This document shows, piece after piece, positions 7,090 to 15,882 of a stretch of DNA of 40,326 nt; the first letter of the stretch is position 1; every line of letters starts with the position of its first letter. Below the pieces are notes generated by a model. It did no database searches. It saw only the letters and a program-made list of their open reading frames with translations, and was not told the origin of the DNA. This DNA comes from Alphaproteobacteria bacterium MarineAlpha3_Bin4. Lineage in GTDB: Bacteria; Pseudomonadota; Alphaproteobacteria; Rhodospirillales; Casp-alpha2. The DNA lies in assembly GCA_002938045.1 (NCBI GenBank), contig PTLJ01000001.1:1-40326 (forward strand). The letters run 5' to 3'. The position numbers and the translations under genes are program-made.

Positions 7090-10000
7090 ATGTACCTGAT
7101 CCGCATAGCTATTGAACGGCCGGTTGCCGTGATTGCGGCAGTGTTGATGGTAGTCTTGTTCGGCGCCGTGGCGCTGGCGAAGATTCCGATCCAGCTAACA
7201 CCTGACGTCCGTAAGCCGGTGATCAGCCTGCAGACCAGCTGGCCCGGCGCTGCGCCGGCCGAGATCGAACGCGAGATTACCAACAAGCAGGAGGAAGTGC
7301 TCAAGGGTCTCGAGGGTCTGCAGAAAATCTCCTCCGAAAGCCAGGATGGACGCTCCCGGATCAAGCTTGAGTTCGGGATCGGCCAGGACATGGGCCGTGC
7401 CCTCTTGTTAACCGCGAACCGCCTCAACCGAGTAAGCAATTATCCGGACGAGGCGGTCGAGCCTTCCATGCGTACAGCAAGTTCCGAAGACAACGCAATT
7501 GCTTGGATCGTTCTGGTGCGGACGGGCGAAAACACCCAGCCCATGCATACGCTCGGTGATTTTGTCGAGGACGTGATCCAGGACCGGCTCGAGCGCGTGA
7601 ACGGCGTCGCCCGGGTCGGCTACTACGGCGGCTCTGAACGGCAGATGGTGGTCCGCGTCGATCCGGATGTCATGGCGCGCTACCGGCTCACGGTCTCCGA
7701 TGTGGTAAATACGCTCCGCGCCGCCAATTCCTCCGTTTCGGCGGGTGACGTTGACGAAGGCAAGCGACGCTACGTGGTCCGCACCGAGGGTGAGTTCAAG
7801 GCGCTGGAGGACGTGGCCAATGTGGTGATCCGCTCGCAGGGTGACGGCGTTTCTGGCGGGCTTGCCCGGGTTACGGTCGGCGATATCGGCACTGTCACCT
7901 TCGACTATTCAGATCCGACGGCGCGTATCCGCGTCAACGGCCAGCCGGCGATCGCCATCAACGCTGTCCGCGAGACAGGCGCCAATGTCATCGAGACGAT
8001 GAGAGGCATCCATGCCGCTATCAAGGAACTCAACGAACATCATCTGCCGGCCAAACAGCTCCAGCTGCAGCAAGTCTATGACGAGACGGTGTACATCGAT
8101 TCATCAATCAACCTCGTGCAGCAGAATATTATCATCGGCGGCAGCTTGGCGGCGTTAATACTAATGTTGTTCCTGCGTTCGGGTCGGGCGACGCTGGTGG
8201 TATCGCTGGCGATCCCGGTTTCCGTCGTTGGTGCTTTCGTCGCCATGGCGTTCCTCGGCCGCTCACTCAACGTCATATCTCTCGCTGGCATCGCTTTCGC
8301 CGTCGGCATGGTCGTCGACGCTGCGATCGTCGTGATGGAGAACATTTTCCGGTTGCGCGAGAAGGGCCTGAGCCGTTTTGAGGCAGCGTACCAGGGCACC
8401 ACGCAAGTCTGGACGGCGGTGCTGGTTTCGGCGTTGACTACAGTCATGGTGTTCATTCCGATCCTAGTCATGGAGCTCGAGGTCGGGCAGCTCTTCCGCG
8501 ACATCGCAGTCGCGCTGTCGGCGTCGGTCTTACTGTCGCTTTTGGTCGCGATCACAGTCATCCCGGCGCTATCGAACCGATTGTTGGTAGATACAGTGTC
8601 CCGTCGCGCCGTGCATCTGCGCTTGCCGCTGATCGACGACTTCGCCGAGTGGTTCGTGCGCGTCGTCCTCATCTTCATCGACCGGGTTGCGAAAAGCCGC
8701 GTCCTGGCGGCCGGGGTCGTCGCTATCATCTGCGGCAGTGGTGTCCTGGTGACGGTGGCGTTTCTGCCGAAACTCGATTACCTGCCAGACGGTAACCGCA
8801 ACCTGATCTTTGGCGTTATCGTGCCGCCACCGGGCTACAATCTGAAGACAATTGGGGACATAGCAGGCGATTTCGAGGCGGAAGTGAAACCATTGCTGGC
8901 TAAGGTTTCGGGCCCCAAGTCAGAGCCTGGCGGGCCGCCCAAAATCGAGCGCTTCTTCTTCATCGCGTCGCGCGGCCGAACCTTCATCGGCGCCGCCGCC
9001 GTCGAGCCGAGCCGTATCTCCGAACTGGTCCCGATCTTAAAGAAAGCAGCTTTCCGTGAGCCGGGTACGTTCGGTTTCGTCAACCAAAGCTCGTTGTTCG
9101 GTCGCGGCATCGGCGGCGCGCGTGTGGTCGAGCTCAATATCTCGGGCCCGGACCTAGAGGCTGTGCTTGATACCGCGCTGCGCGCCGTCGGCCTTGTCGA
9201 TATGGTGATGCCACGGGCCGAGGGCACGCAGATCCGCCCCAAACCGGGCCTCGAACTCGGAGCCCCCGAGGTTCGGGTGGTCCCGAACCGGGTCAAACTC
9301 GCCGACAATGGGGTCACCGCGCGCGAACTCGGTGATACGCTCGACGCCTTCAACGACGGCCTGCGGTTCGCCGAAATTACGGTCGGCTCCAATCGCATGG
9401 ACCTGATTCTAAAGGGGCCCGACGACGAGATCCGAGAGACCCAGGATATCAGCAACCTGCCGGTGGTGACGCGCTCGGGCGTCATTCTGCCAGTCAGTTC
9501 GCTTGCCGACGTCGAGGTAACGTGGGGACCAACGCAAATCCGCCACCTTGAACGTGAGCGCACGGTAACGCTCGAAATCCGCCCTCCCGAACGGGTGCCG
9601 TTGGAGGTGGCCCTTGAAACCCTCAATAAAGGAGTGATTGCTAAGCTCAACGACGAAGGACTGCCGTCCGGTGTGCAACTGCGGCTGTCTGGAACCGCAG
9701 ACAAACTGGCACAAACCTGGAATGCCATGGTCGTCGATTTGATGATCGCACTGGCCATCGTCTATTTAGTGATGGCGGTGTTGTTCGAAAGTTTTTTCTA
9801 TCCGCTGGTGATCATGTTTTCGGTTCCGCTTGCGACGGCAGGTGGTGTGCTAGGTCTCGCCGCCATGAACCAGTTCGAATTCCAGCCCCTGGACATGCTG
9901 ACCCTGCTCGGTTTCGTAATCCTGATCGGCATCGTCGTCAATAACGCGATCCTATTGGTGCACCAGACCCTTTATAATATCCGTAATGAGGGCATGGCCG

Positions 10001-10278
10001 TCGATGACGCGATCTTGGAAGCGACTTCCAACCGGATACGCCCTATCTTCATGTCGACGACGACAAGCGTATTCGGCATGATGCCGTTGGTGCTGTTTCC
10101 AGGGGCGGGCTCGGAACTTTATCGCGGTCTCGGATCCGTGGTTCTGGGCGGGCTAGCGCTGTCTGCGGTGTTGACCCTGACCATCGTGCCGCCTTTGTTA
10201 ACCTTGGTCGCTGGCACCCTCGAGGAACGGCGTACAACACGGCTGCGCCGCCGTCTCGAACGCTCGCCGGCGGAGTGA
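7090..10278 (+). CDS. RND family efflux transporter permease (AcrB/AcrD/AcrF-like)
   Basis: 1062 aa. Shows the 12-TM architecture with two large periplasmic loops. Conserved TM4 region AIGMVVDAAIVVMENI and the duplicated equivalent GIVVNNAILLV. Confidence 0.93.
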   Translation: MYLIRIAIERPVAVIAAVLMVVLFGAVALAKIPIQLTPDVRKPVISLQTSWPGAAPAEIEREITNKQEEVLKGLEGLQKISSESQDGRSRIKLEFGIGQDMGRALLLTANRLNRVSNYPDEAVEPSMRTASSEDNAIAWIVLVRTGENTQPMHTLGDFVEDVIQDRLERVNGVARVGYYGGSERQMVVRVDPDVMARYRLTVSDVVNTLRAANSSVSAGDVDEGKRRYVVRTEGEFKALEDVANVVIRSQGDGVSGGLARVTVGDIGTVTFDYSDPTARIRVNGQPAIAINAVRETGANVIETMRGIHAAIKELNEHHLPAKQLQLQQVYDETVYIDSSINLVQQNIIIGGSLAALILMLFLRSGRATLVVSLAIPVSVVGAFVAMAFLGRSLNVISLAGIAFAVGMVVDAAIVVMENIFRLREKGLSRFEAAYQGTTQVWTAVLVSALTTVMVFIPILVMELEVGQLFRDIAVALSASVLLSLLVAITVIPALSNRLLVDTVSRRAVHLRLPLIDDFAEWFVRVVLIFIDRVAKSRVLAAGVVAIICGSGVLVTVAFLPKLDYLPDGNRNLIFGVIVPPPGYNLKTIGDIAGDFEAEVKPLLAKVSGPKSEPGGPPKIERFFFIASRGRTFIGAAAVEPSRISELVPILKKAAFREPGTFGFVNQSSLFGRGIGGARVVELNISGPDLEAVLDTALRAVGLVDMVMPRAEGTQIRPKPGLELGAPEVRVVPNRVKLADNGVTARELGDTLDAFNDGLRFAEITVGSNRMDLILKGPDDEIRETQDISNLPVVTRSGVILPVSSLADVEVTWGPTQIRHLERERTVTLEIRPPERVPLEVALETLNKGVIAKLNDEGLPSGVQLRLSGTADKLAQTWNAMVVDLMIALAIVYLVMAVLFESFFYPLVIMFSVPLATAGGVLGLAAMNQFEFQPLDMLTLLGFVILIGIVVNNAILLVHQTLYNIRNEGMAVDDAILEATSNRIRPIFMSTTTSVFGMMPLVLFPGAGSELYRGLGSVVLGGLALSAVLTLTIVPPLLTLVAGTLEERRTTRLRRRLERSPAE

Positions 10279-10311
10279 ACGTCCCGCCGTCAGCGAGATG
10301 AGGAGGATCCG

Positions 10312-10815
10312 TTGAACTGGAGCTTGGTCCGCGCCATCGTAATCTTGCCGGGCACGGTCTTGGTCTACGTGCCGGCACTGATCCTATGGGCGGCAGACGG
10401 CACGGAACTGACCGCAGTTTCCGTTGGCGTTCGCGAACCGCGCATGTGGTTGGCCGTTCTGTTGGGTTTTGCTGGGTTTGGCCTGGCAATCTCGACCGTG
10501 CGCCTGTTAATGATCGTCGGGGAGGGCACGCCAGCGCCTTGGAACCCGCCGCGGAAGCTAGTTGTTCGCGGCCCCTACCGCCATGTCCGCAATCCCATGA
10601 TTACCAGTGTGCTGGTGATGTTGTCCGCCGAAGCAATGGCGACCGAGTTGTGGCCGCTGGTTGCCTGGTTGGTGTTCTTCTTTGTCGCCAACTGCGTCTA
10701 CTTTCCGCTGGTTGAGGAGAAAGGCCTGGAGCGGCGCTTTGGCGACGCTTACCGAACCTACAAGGCCAACGTGCCGCGCTGGCTGCCGCGGGTTACGCCC
10801 TGGCAGCAGCCTTAG
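10312..10815 (+). CDS. Isoprenylcysteine carboxyl methyltransferase (ICMT)/phospholipid methyltransferase-family membrane protein
   Basis: 167 aa and multi-TM. Carries the RGPYRHVRNPMITSVL motif characteristic of the ICMT/PEMT family. TTG start preceded by an AGGAGGA SD. Lies 33 nt after the RND stop. Confidence 0.7.
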   Translation: MNWSLVRAIVILPGTVLVYVPALILWAADGTELTAVSVGVREPRMWLAVLLGFAGFGLAISTVRLLMIVGEGTPAPWNPPRKLVVRGPYRHVRNPMITSVLVMLSAEAMATELWPLVAWLVFFFVANCVYFPLVEEKGLERRFGDAYRTYKANVPRWLPRVTPWQQP

Positions 10816-10902
10816 GCCGTTCCCCACGAAGTCAATCCAAACTGGTTCGACATAGGAAAAGTAGGTAAAAACAGCCGCAACCGGAGCAGCGAGAAGCCCC
10901 CC

Positions 10903-11589
10903 ATGAGCTACGCGATTCCTGCACCAGACTTGCCGACACTGTCGATTGCCGGCAGTGACGACCTGTTTCCCGTCCACCGCATCTACTGCGTCGGTCGCAA
11001 CTACGCCGCTCACGCTCGCGAGATGGGCCATGACCCGGACCGCGAGGAGCCGTTCTTCTTTCAAAAAAATCCGGATACCATCGTTGCAAACGGCGGCGAG
11101 TTTCCCTTTCCGGATCGGTCCGAGAATGTGCATTTCGAGATGGAATTAGTAGTTGCGCTGAAATTGGGTGGGAAGGACGTCGCCGTCGAGAAGGCGCTCG
11201 ACCTCGTCTACGGATACGCGGTCGGCCTCGATATGACACGGCGCGACCTGCAAGGGGAGGCCAAAAAAGCGGGCCGGCCGTGGGAGGTCGGTAAAGCGTT
11301 TGATTATGCCGCGCCGTGCTCGCAAGTGGTTTCAGCTGTCGAGATTGGCCATCCGGACAAGGGTCGGATCTGGCTCGAGGTCAACGGCGAAGTACGCCAG
11401 GATGGTAATCTCAATCAGTTAATATGGTCGGTGCCGGAAATCATCTCGTGCTTGTCTGGCTTGTTCACGATCGCCGCCGGAGACCTAATCTATACTGGCA
11501 CACCGGCTGGTGTCGGCCCGGTGCGCCGCGGTGATGTGCTTCAGGGCGGCGTCGACGGCGTCGGCAAAATTGGTATTACTGTCGTCTAG
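10903..11589 (+). CDS. Fumarylacetoacetate hydrolase (FAH) family protein (acylpyruvate hydrolase / oxaloacetate decarboxylase type)
   Basis: 228 aa. Motifs [16 protein letters not shown], the metal-binding E..E..D pattern (EMELVVAL...GLDMTRRD), and the C-terminal [13 protein letters not shown]. Confidence 0.88.
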   Translation: MSYAIPAPDLPTLSIAGSDDLFPVHRIYCVGRNYAAHAREMGHDPDREEPFFFQKNPDTIVANGGEFPFPDRSENVHFEMELVVALKLGGKDVAVEKALDLVYGYAVGLDMTRRDLQGEAKKAGRPWEVGKAFDYAAPCSQVVSAVEIGHPDKGRIWLEVNGEVRQDGNLNQLIWSVPEIISCLSGLFTIAAGDLIYTGTPAGVGPVRRGDVLQGGVDGVGKIGITVV

Positions 11590-11595
11590 GAGGCC

Positions 11596-13005
11596 ATGTT
11601 GAGCGACCCGCTAACACTGATAGATAAGATCTGGGACCAGCATGTGGTTGCGGATCTTGGCTCTGAATTCGCGCTGTTGCACGTTGACCGAAGCCTGATA
11701 CACGACCTGAGTGGCGCACGCGCCCTGAAGACGGTGGCCGAAATTGGACATTCGGTACGTAATCCGGAACTGACCTTTGCGACACCCGACCATACGGTTT
11801 CCACCGAACCTGGCGCCGATCACGTTGGCCCACAATACGAGCGCTGCGTCAAGCCCCTACGCCGGTACAGTCAAGAGAACGGCATTCAGATGTTTGACAT
11901 TGGTGAGCCTGGGCACGGTATCGTCCATGTAATCGGACCCGAGTTGGGCTTGACGCTGCCCGGCACCACGGTGCTATGCGGTGACAGCCATACCTGCACC
12001 CATGGTGGCCTCGGGGCGTTGGCCTGGGGTATTGGCACCAGCGAGGTTACCCACGTGCTGGCGACACAGACCATCATCCAGCGCAAACCAAAATGTATGC
12101 GTATCAATTTTGACGGCATACTCGATTGCGGCGTTGAGCCGAAGGACCTGATTCTTAGCGTTATCGGCCGACTCGGAGCTGCCGCCGGCGACGGTTATGC
12201 AATCGAATACGCCGGCCAGGCGATACAAGGAATGAGCATTGATGAGCGAATGACGATCTGCAACTTATCTATCGAGATGGGTGCTAAAATCGGTATGGTA
12301 GCTCCCGACAATACCACCTTTGAATACATCGCCGGCCGCCAATTCGCACCCCGAGATGAGGAATGGGAACTTGCCGTTGAACATTGGCAGACATTGCCGG
12401 GCGATGAGGATGCGCAATTTGACGCCGAAGTCATGATCGCTGTAGCAGGTGTGGCGCCACAAGTGACCTGGGGCACCAGTCCGGAACACGTCACCGCCAT
12501 CGATGGCCTAGTTCCTGACCCGGCCGCTGAGGCCGATTCAGACAAACGCCGGGCGATGGCAGCGGCGCTTGAGTATACTGACCTTGTACCGGGGACCCCG
12601 CTCGACGGAATCCCGATCGATCGCGTGTTTATTGGCTCGTGCACCAACAGTCGATTGTCAGATCTTAGGCGTGCGGCCAATCTGGCGCGAGGACGCCGGG
12701 TCGCTGACAATGTACGCGCTTGGGTTGTGCCCGGTTCTGAGGACGTAAAACGCGCCGCCGTTGCCGAGGGCCTGGATACTATTTTCCGCGATGCCGGATT
12801 CGACTGGCGCGAACCTGGCTGTTCGCTCTGCGTCGGTTCGAACGGAGAAACGGTGGCAGCCGGACAACGCTGTGTCTCAACCACCAACCGAAACTTTGTT
12901 GGCCGCCAAGGCAAGGATAGCAAGACCCACCTCGTCAGCCCCGGTATGGCGGTTGCCGCCGCTATCAGTGGTCGAATTTCTGACGTCCGCAAGCTATTGA
13001 ATTGA
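11596..13005 (+). CDS. Aconitase-superfamily dehydratase large subunit (3-isopropylmalate dehydratase LeuC family; possibly a non-housekeeping paralogue)
   Basis: 469 aa. Motifs LIDKIWDQHVV, CGDSHTCTHG, GSCTNSR and PGCSLCVG (the Fe-S Cys ligands). The ATG lies 6 nt after the FAH stop, and the SD overlaps that stop (TAGGAGG). Confidence 0.88.
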   Translation: MLSDPLTLIDKIWDQHVVADLGSEFALLHVDRSLIHDLSGARALKTVAEIGHSVRNPELTFATPDHTVSTEPGADHVGPQYERCVKPLRRYSQENGIQMFDIGEPGHGIVHVIGPELGLTLPGTTVLCGDSHTCTHGGLGALAWGIGTSEVTHVLATQTIIQRKPKCMRINFDGILDCGVEPKDLILSVIGRLGAAAGDGYAIEYAGQAIQGMSIDERMTICNLSIEMGAKIGMVAPDNTTFEYIAGRQFAPRDEEWELAVEHWQTLPGDEDAQFDAEVMIAVAGVAPQVTWGTSPEHVTAIDGLVPDPAAEADSDKRRAMAAALEYTDLVPGTPLDGIPIDRVFIGSCTNSRLSDLRRAANLARGRRVADNVRAWVVPGSEDVKRAAVAEGLDTIFRDAGFDWREPGCSLCVGSNGETVAAGQRCVSTTNRNFVGRQGKDSKTHLVSPGMAVAAAISGRISDVRKLLN

Positions 13006-13008
13006 GCG

Positions 13009-13626
13009 ATGCAGAAGTTCACTCGAATCACGTCAGTTGCGGCACCACTGATGCAGGCCAACATTGATACCGACACGATCATTCCCATGTCACGCTACGT
13101 CACCGCCGAAATAGACACGTTGCATCAATTCGCGTTCGAGCCGTTGCGCTTCAACGCGGACGGAAGCGAGAACCCGAACTTCGCACTTAATCAGAGGGCG
13201 TTCCGCGGTGCGCATATCCTGATTGTTGGCCCCAACTTCGGCTGCGGTAGTTCGCGGGAAACGGCGGTATGGGCGATTGCCGGACTCGGTATTCGCTGCA
13301 TCATCGCACCCAGCTTCGGTAGTATATTCTACGCTAATTGCTTCCAATCCGGCCTCTTGCCTGTCGTACTGCCGCTGGTGACAGTCGAGGCATTTGCTGT
13401 GCTTGCCGAGACAGAGCCGGAAAGAGCTGAGTTCACTGTAAATTTAGAGACCTGCCAAGTGGTCCCGCCCAAGGGAGCGTCCGTTTCTTTTCAAGTCGAG
13501 CCGTTCCGGCGCGTGGCTCTGCTCGAGGGTCTCGACGATATTGGCCTGACGATGAAGCATGATGAGGAGATTGCCGACTTTCAGCGCCAGGACCGCCAAC
13601 AACGGCCATGGATCTACCTTCGTTAA
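13009..13626 (+). CDS. Aconitase-superfamily dehydratase small subunit (LeuD family)
   Basis: 205 aa. Has the GPNFGCGSSRE motif. Starts 3 nt after the large-subunit stop. Confidence 0.88.
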   Translation: MQKFTRITSVAAPLMQANIDTDTIIPMSRYVTAEIDTLHQFAFEPLRFNADGSENPNFALNQRAFRGAHILIVGPNFGCGSSRETAVWAIAGLGIRCIIAPSFGSIFYANCFQSGLLPVVLPLVTVEAFAVLAETEPERAEFTVNLETCQVVPPKGASVSFQVEPFRRVALLEGLDDIGLTMKHDEEIADFQRQDRQQRPWIYLR

Positions 13627-13686
13627 GGCACGGAGTGTGTTGGGATATCCATAAATGATGTCCGGCTTCGCAGCCAGGAAGTCGAA

Positions 13687-15168
13687 TTAGTAGCTCTTGG
13701 CGGCTGAGGAGCCAGCGATCCTGCCGAAAACAGCGCCCGCGGTTAGTCCGGTTCCACCCGGATAATTGAAATAGAATAGTCCACCAACCAGTTCCCCAGC
13801 GGCAAAAAGGCCGGGGATCAACTGGCCTTCGGTGTCCTCAACGCCGGCGTCGGTCCCGATAGCAATCCCACCGAAGGTAAATGTGATGCCGCAGGTGACG
13901 GCATAGGCTTCGAATGGTGGTGTGTCGATGGCATTGGCCCAATTGGATTTCGGCACTACCAAGCCCTTGGTGCCACGACCGTCCTTGATCGCTGGGTTGA
14001 ACTGCACTTCGGTGCGGACAGCTCGATTAAAGGCGGTGACCTCATTGATGAAGGCGTCGGAATCGACATCTTCTAGCTTTGCGGCCAAGTCTTCGATGGT
14101 GTCGGCGGTGACCTTAGTTACTTGTCGAATACGATATTCGTCACGCAACATTCCGATAACCTTTGAATCGAATACCTGCCAGGCAAATTGTCCCTGTTGT
14201 TCAAGGATAACGCGGCCGTACTTAGCATAGGTGTAGTTACGGATATCAGCACCTTCGTCGACGAAACGCCGGCCACTGGCGTTGACCATAATTCCCAACG
14301 GATAACTGTGCTTTTGGAACATATCGCCCACGTCAAGGTCACCGAATTCGGGCGAATTGCGGTCCCAACCGACGGCGTGACAGCCAGACCAGTTGCCGCG
14401 TGGGCGGGCGCCGGCGTCAAGAGCCATACGGATGCCATCGCCGGTATTGAAGCGCGTACCGCGAACCTTGGCTAGGTCCCAGCCCGGACCCAAATAGCGA
14501 GTCCGCCATTCGGTATTAGCCTCGAACCCGCCAGCCGCTAGTATCACCGCATTGGCGGTGATATTGAAGATATTACCATCCTGGCGAACGGAGACGCCGC
14601 AAACTCGGTTACCGTCCATAACTAATTCTATAGCTCGGGCGCCATAGAGGATTTCGATCCCCTCGCGTTCAGCCGATTGGGTCAGGAATTCGACCAGTCC
14701 GGGCCCGCCTCCGACGACCTCAAGCACTAGGCCACCCCAAAATACGTATTTCCCATCAACCTTGTACGCTTGACGGCCGGTGGCCGGCGTGAAACGCACG
14801 CCCTTCAAGTGCATCCAGGCCAGGGTCTCATGGCTTTTGTCGATCAGTACCTCTGTCAGGTTTGGGTCGGTGCGGTATTGAGTAACGCGGGCCATATCAT
14901 CGAAGAACTGATCGCGGGTGTAGGAGCCAAAGTCGGAATTGGTGCACTCGTCCTCGCTGAGATCAGGAACAATGTCGAAGAGGTCCTCTACGCTATCGTA
15001 AGTAAACCGCAGAATACCGGCTGTGAATCGGCTGTTGCCACCGCGCTCGTTATAGGGTGCGCGCTCGAGTACGATCACTTCAGCTCCCTGTTCCCGCGCT
15101 GAAAGCGCTGCGCAGAAGGCTGCGTTGCCGGCGCCGACGACTACAATATCCGTTTTTCTGTCGTTCAC
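13687..15168 (-). CDS. FAD-binding dehydrogenase, tricarballylate dehydrogenase TcuA-like (fumarate reductase/succinate dehydrogenase flavoprotein superfamily)
   Basis: 493 aa. N-terminal DIVVVGAGNAAFCAALSAREQGAEVIVLERAP...ERGGNSRFTAG. C-terminal GLFAAGELVGG FAD-contact motif. Confidence 0.8.
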   Translation of the reverse strand: MNDRKTDIVVVGAGNAAFCAALSAREQGAEVIVLERAPYNERGGNSRFTAGILRFTYDSVEDLFDIVPDLSEDECTNSDFGSYTRDQFFDDMARVTQYRTDPNLTEVLIDKSHETLAWMHLKGVRFTPATGRQAYKVDGKYVFWGGLVLEVVGGGPGLVEFLTQSAEREGIEILYGARAIELVMDGNRVCGVSVRQDGNIFNITANAVILAAGGFEANTEWRTRYLGPGWDLAKVRGTRFNTGDGIRMALDAGARPRGNWSGCHAVGWDRNSPEFGDLDVGDMFQKHSYPLGIMVNASGRRFVDEGADIRNYTYAKYGRVILEQQGQFAWQVFDSKVIGMLRDEYRIRQVTKVTADTIEDLAAKLEDVDSDAFINEVTAFNRAVRTEVQFNPAIKDGRGTKGLVVPKSNWANAIDTPPFEAYAVTCGITFTFGGIAIGTDAGVEDTEGQLIPGLFAAGELVGGLFYFNYPGGTGLTAGAVFGRIAGSSAAKSY

Positions 15169-15614
15169 GGGGCGCAGACCTCCTGCATCGGGTCAGCCTC
15201 CAGTTGAGCCCGAATGTCGTCTGGGATAGGGATCGTCTTGCGGATCCGCATGTCGAAGAACAGGTTGACGCTTTCAGCGATGGCGACAGCCTCGCCATCC
15301 AAAAACATACCGGTGCCGAGCGTCATCGATTTGGTGCCGAGTTTGAGAATTCGGGTGCCGATATTGACACTACCGGGATAGTAGATCTCCTTGAGGTAGT
15401 CGATCTTGACGCTGGCGAGGATGAAATCAATGCTCGGATGCATTTCGGAATCGAGTAGGCCACCGAGAAACATGGTCCGTCCGGCTTCCGCATAGGCGGC
15501 ATAGGCACAGTTATTGACGTGGCCCATTGAGTCCTGATCCGAATAGCGGATCGTTACAGGCGTCCAGAAACGGAAGCTCTCATAGTTGGTGCGGTCGATC
15601 TCGGACAATTTCAT
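15165..15614 (-). CDS. Hotdog-fold acyl-CoA thioesterase (4HBT/YbgC-like)
   Basis: 149 aa. Has the RYSDQDSMGHVNNCAYAAY motif (D..GHV.N..Y). Its stop overlaps the downstream TcuA-like start by 4 bp. Confidence 0.75.
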   Translation of the reverse strand: MKLSEIDRTNYESFRFWTPVTIRYSDQDSMGHVNNCAYAAYAEAGRTMFLGGLLDSEMHPSIDFILASVKIDYLKEIYYPGSVNIGTRILKLGTKSMTLGTGMFLDGEAVAIAESVNLFFDMRIRKTIPIPDDIRAQLEADPMQEVCAP

Positions 15615-15882
15615 CCTCTTCTGGCGTCAGCGACTAGAAATACAGTCTTGAAAGCGCACTGCATCCTTGGAACCACTATCGGAAAATACTGATATACCAA
15701 GCAGAAACTAGCGAACACAACCGAAGAGGGACTAATTGGATTCTTATTTTGGGGTCGGAACCTACCCTTAGTGGCTGTATGGATCATATTTCTTGCGAGC
15801 ATCTGACCAGCGGCCCTATGGTGTGGCTAGGAGGCCGGTAGCGTCAACGACCGCATGCGTGACCTGGGAGGGAACCCGAAAC

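Noticed and set aside
8835-9758. Long antisense ORFs inside well-supported genes: 8835-9758(-), 8076-8729(-), 12195-13088(-), 25520-26026(-), 35210-36109(-), 36160-36801(-) and 21501-22142(+).
   Set aside because: These are typical shadow ORFs of high-GC coding regions. Their composition is Arg/Ala/Ser/Pro-rich and low-complexity, with no recognisable motifs. Each fully overlaps a gene with strong family signatures on the opposite strand.
7090-10278. Whether the RND transporter could be the hopanoid transporter HpnN.
   Set aside because: It is 1062 aa, AcrB-like, paired with an MFP adaptor and a divergent TetR regulator, and lies about 19 kb from the hpn locus. As I recall, HpnN-type RNDs are shorter, lack an MFP partner and sit within hpn clusters.
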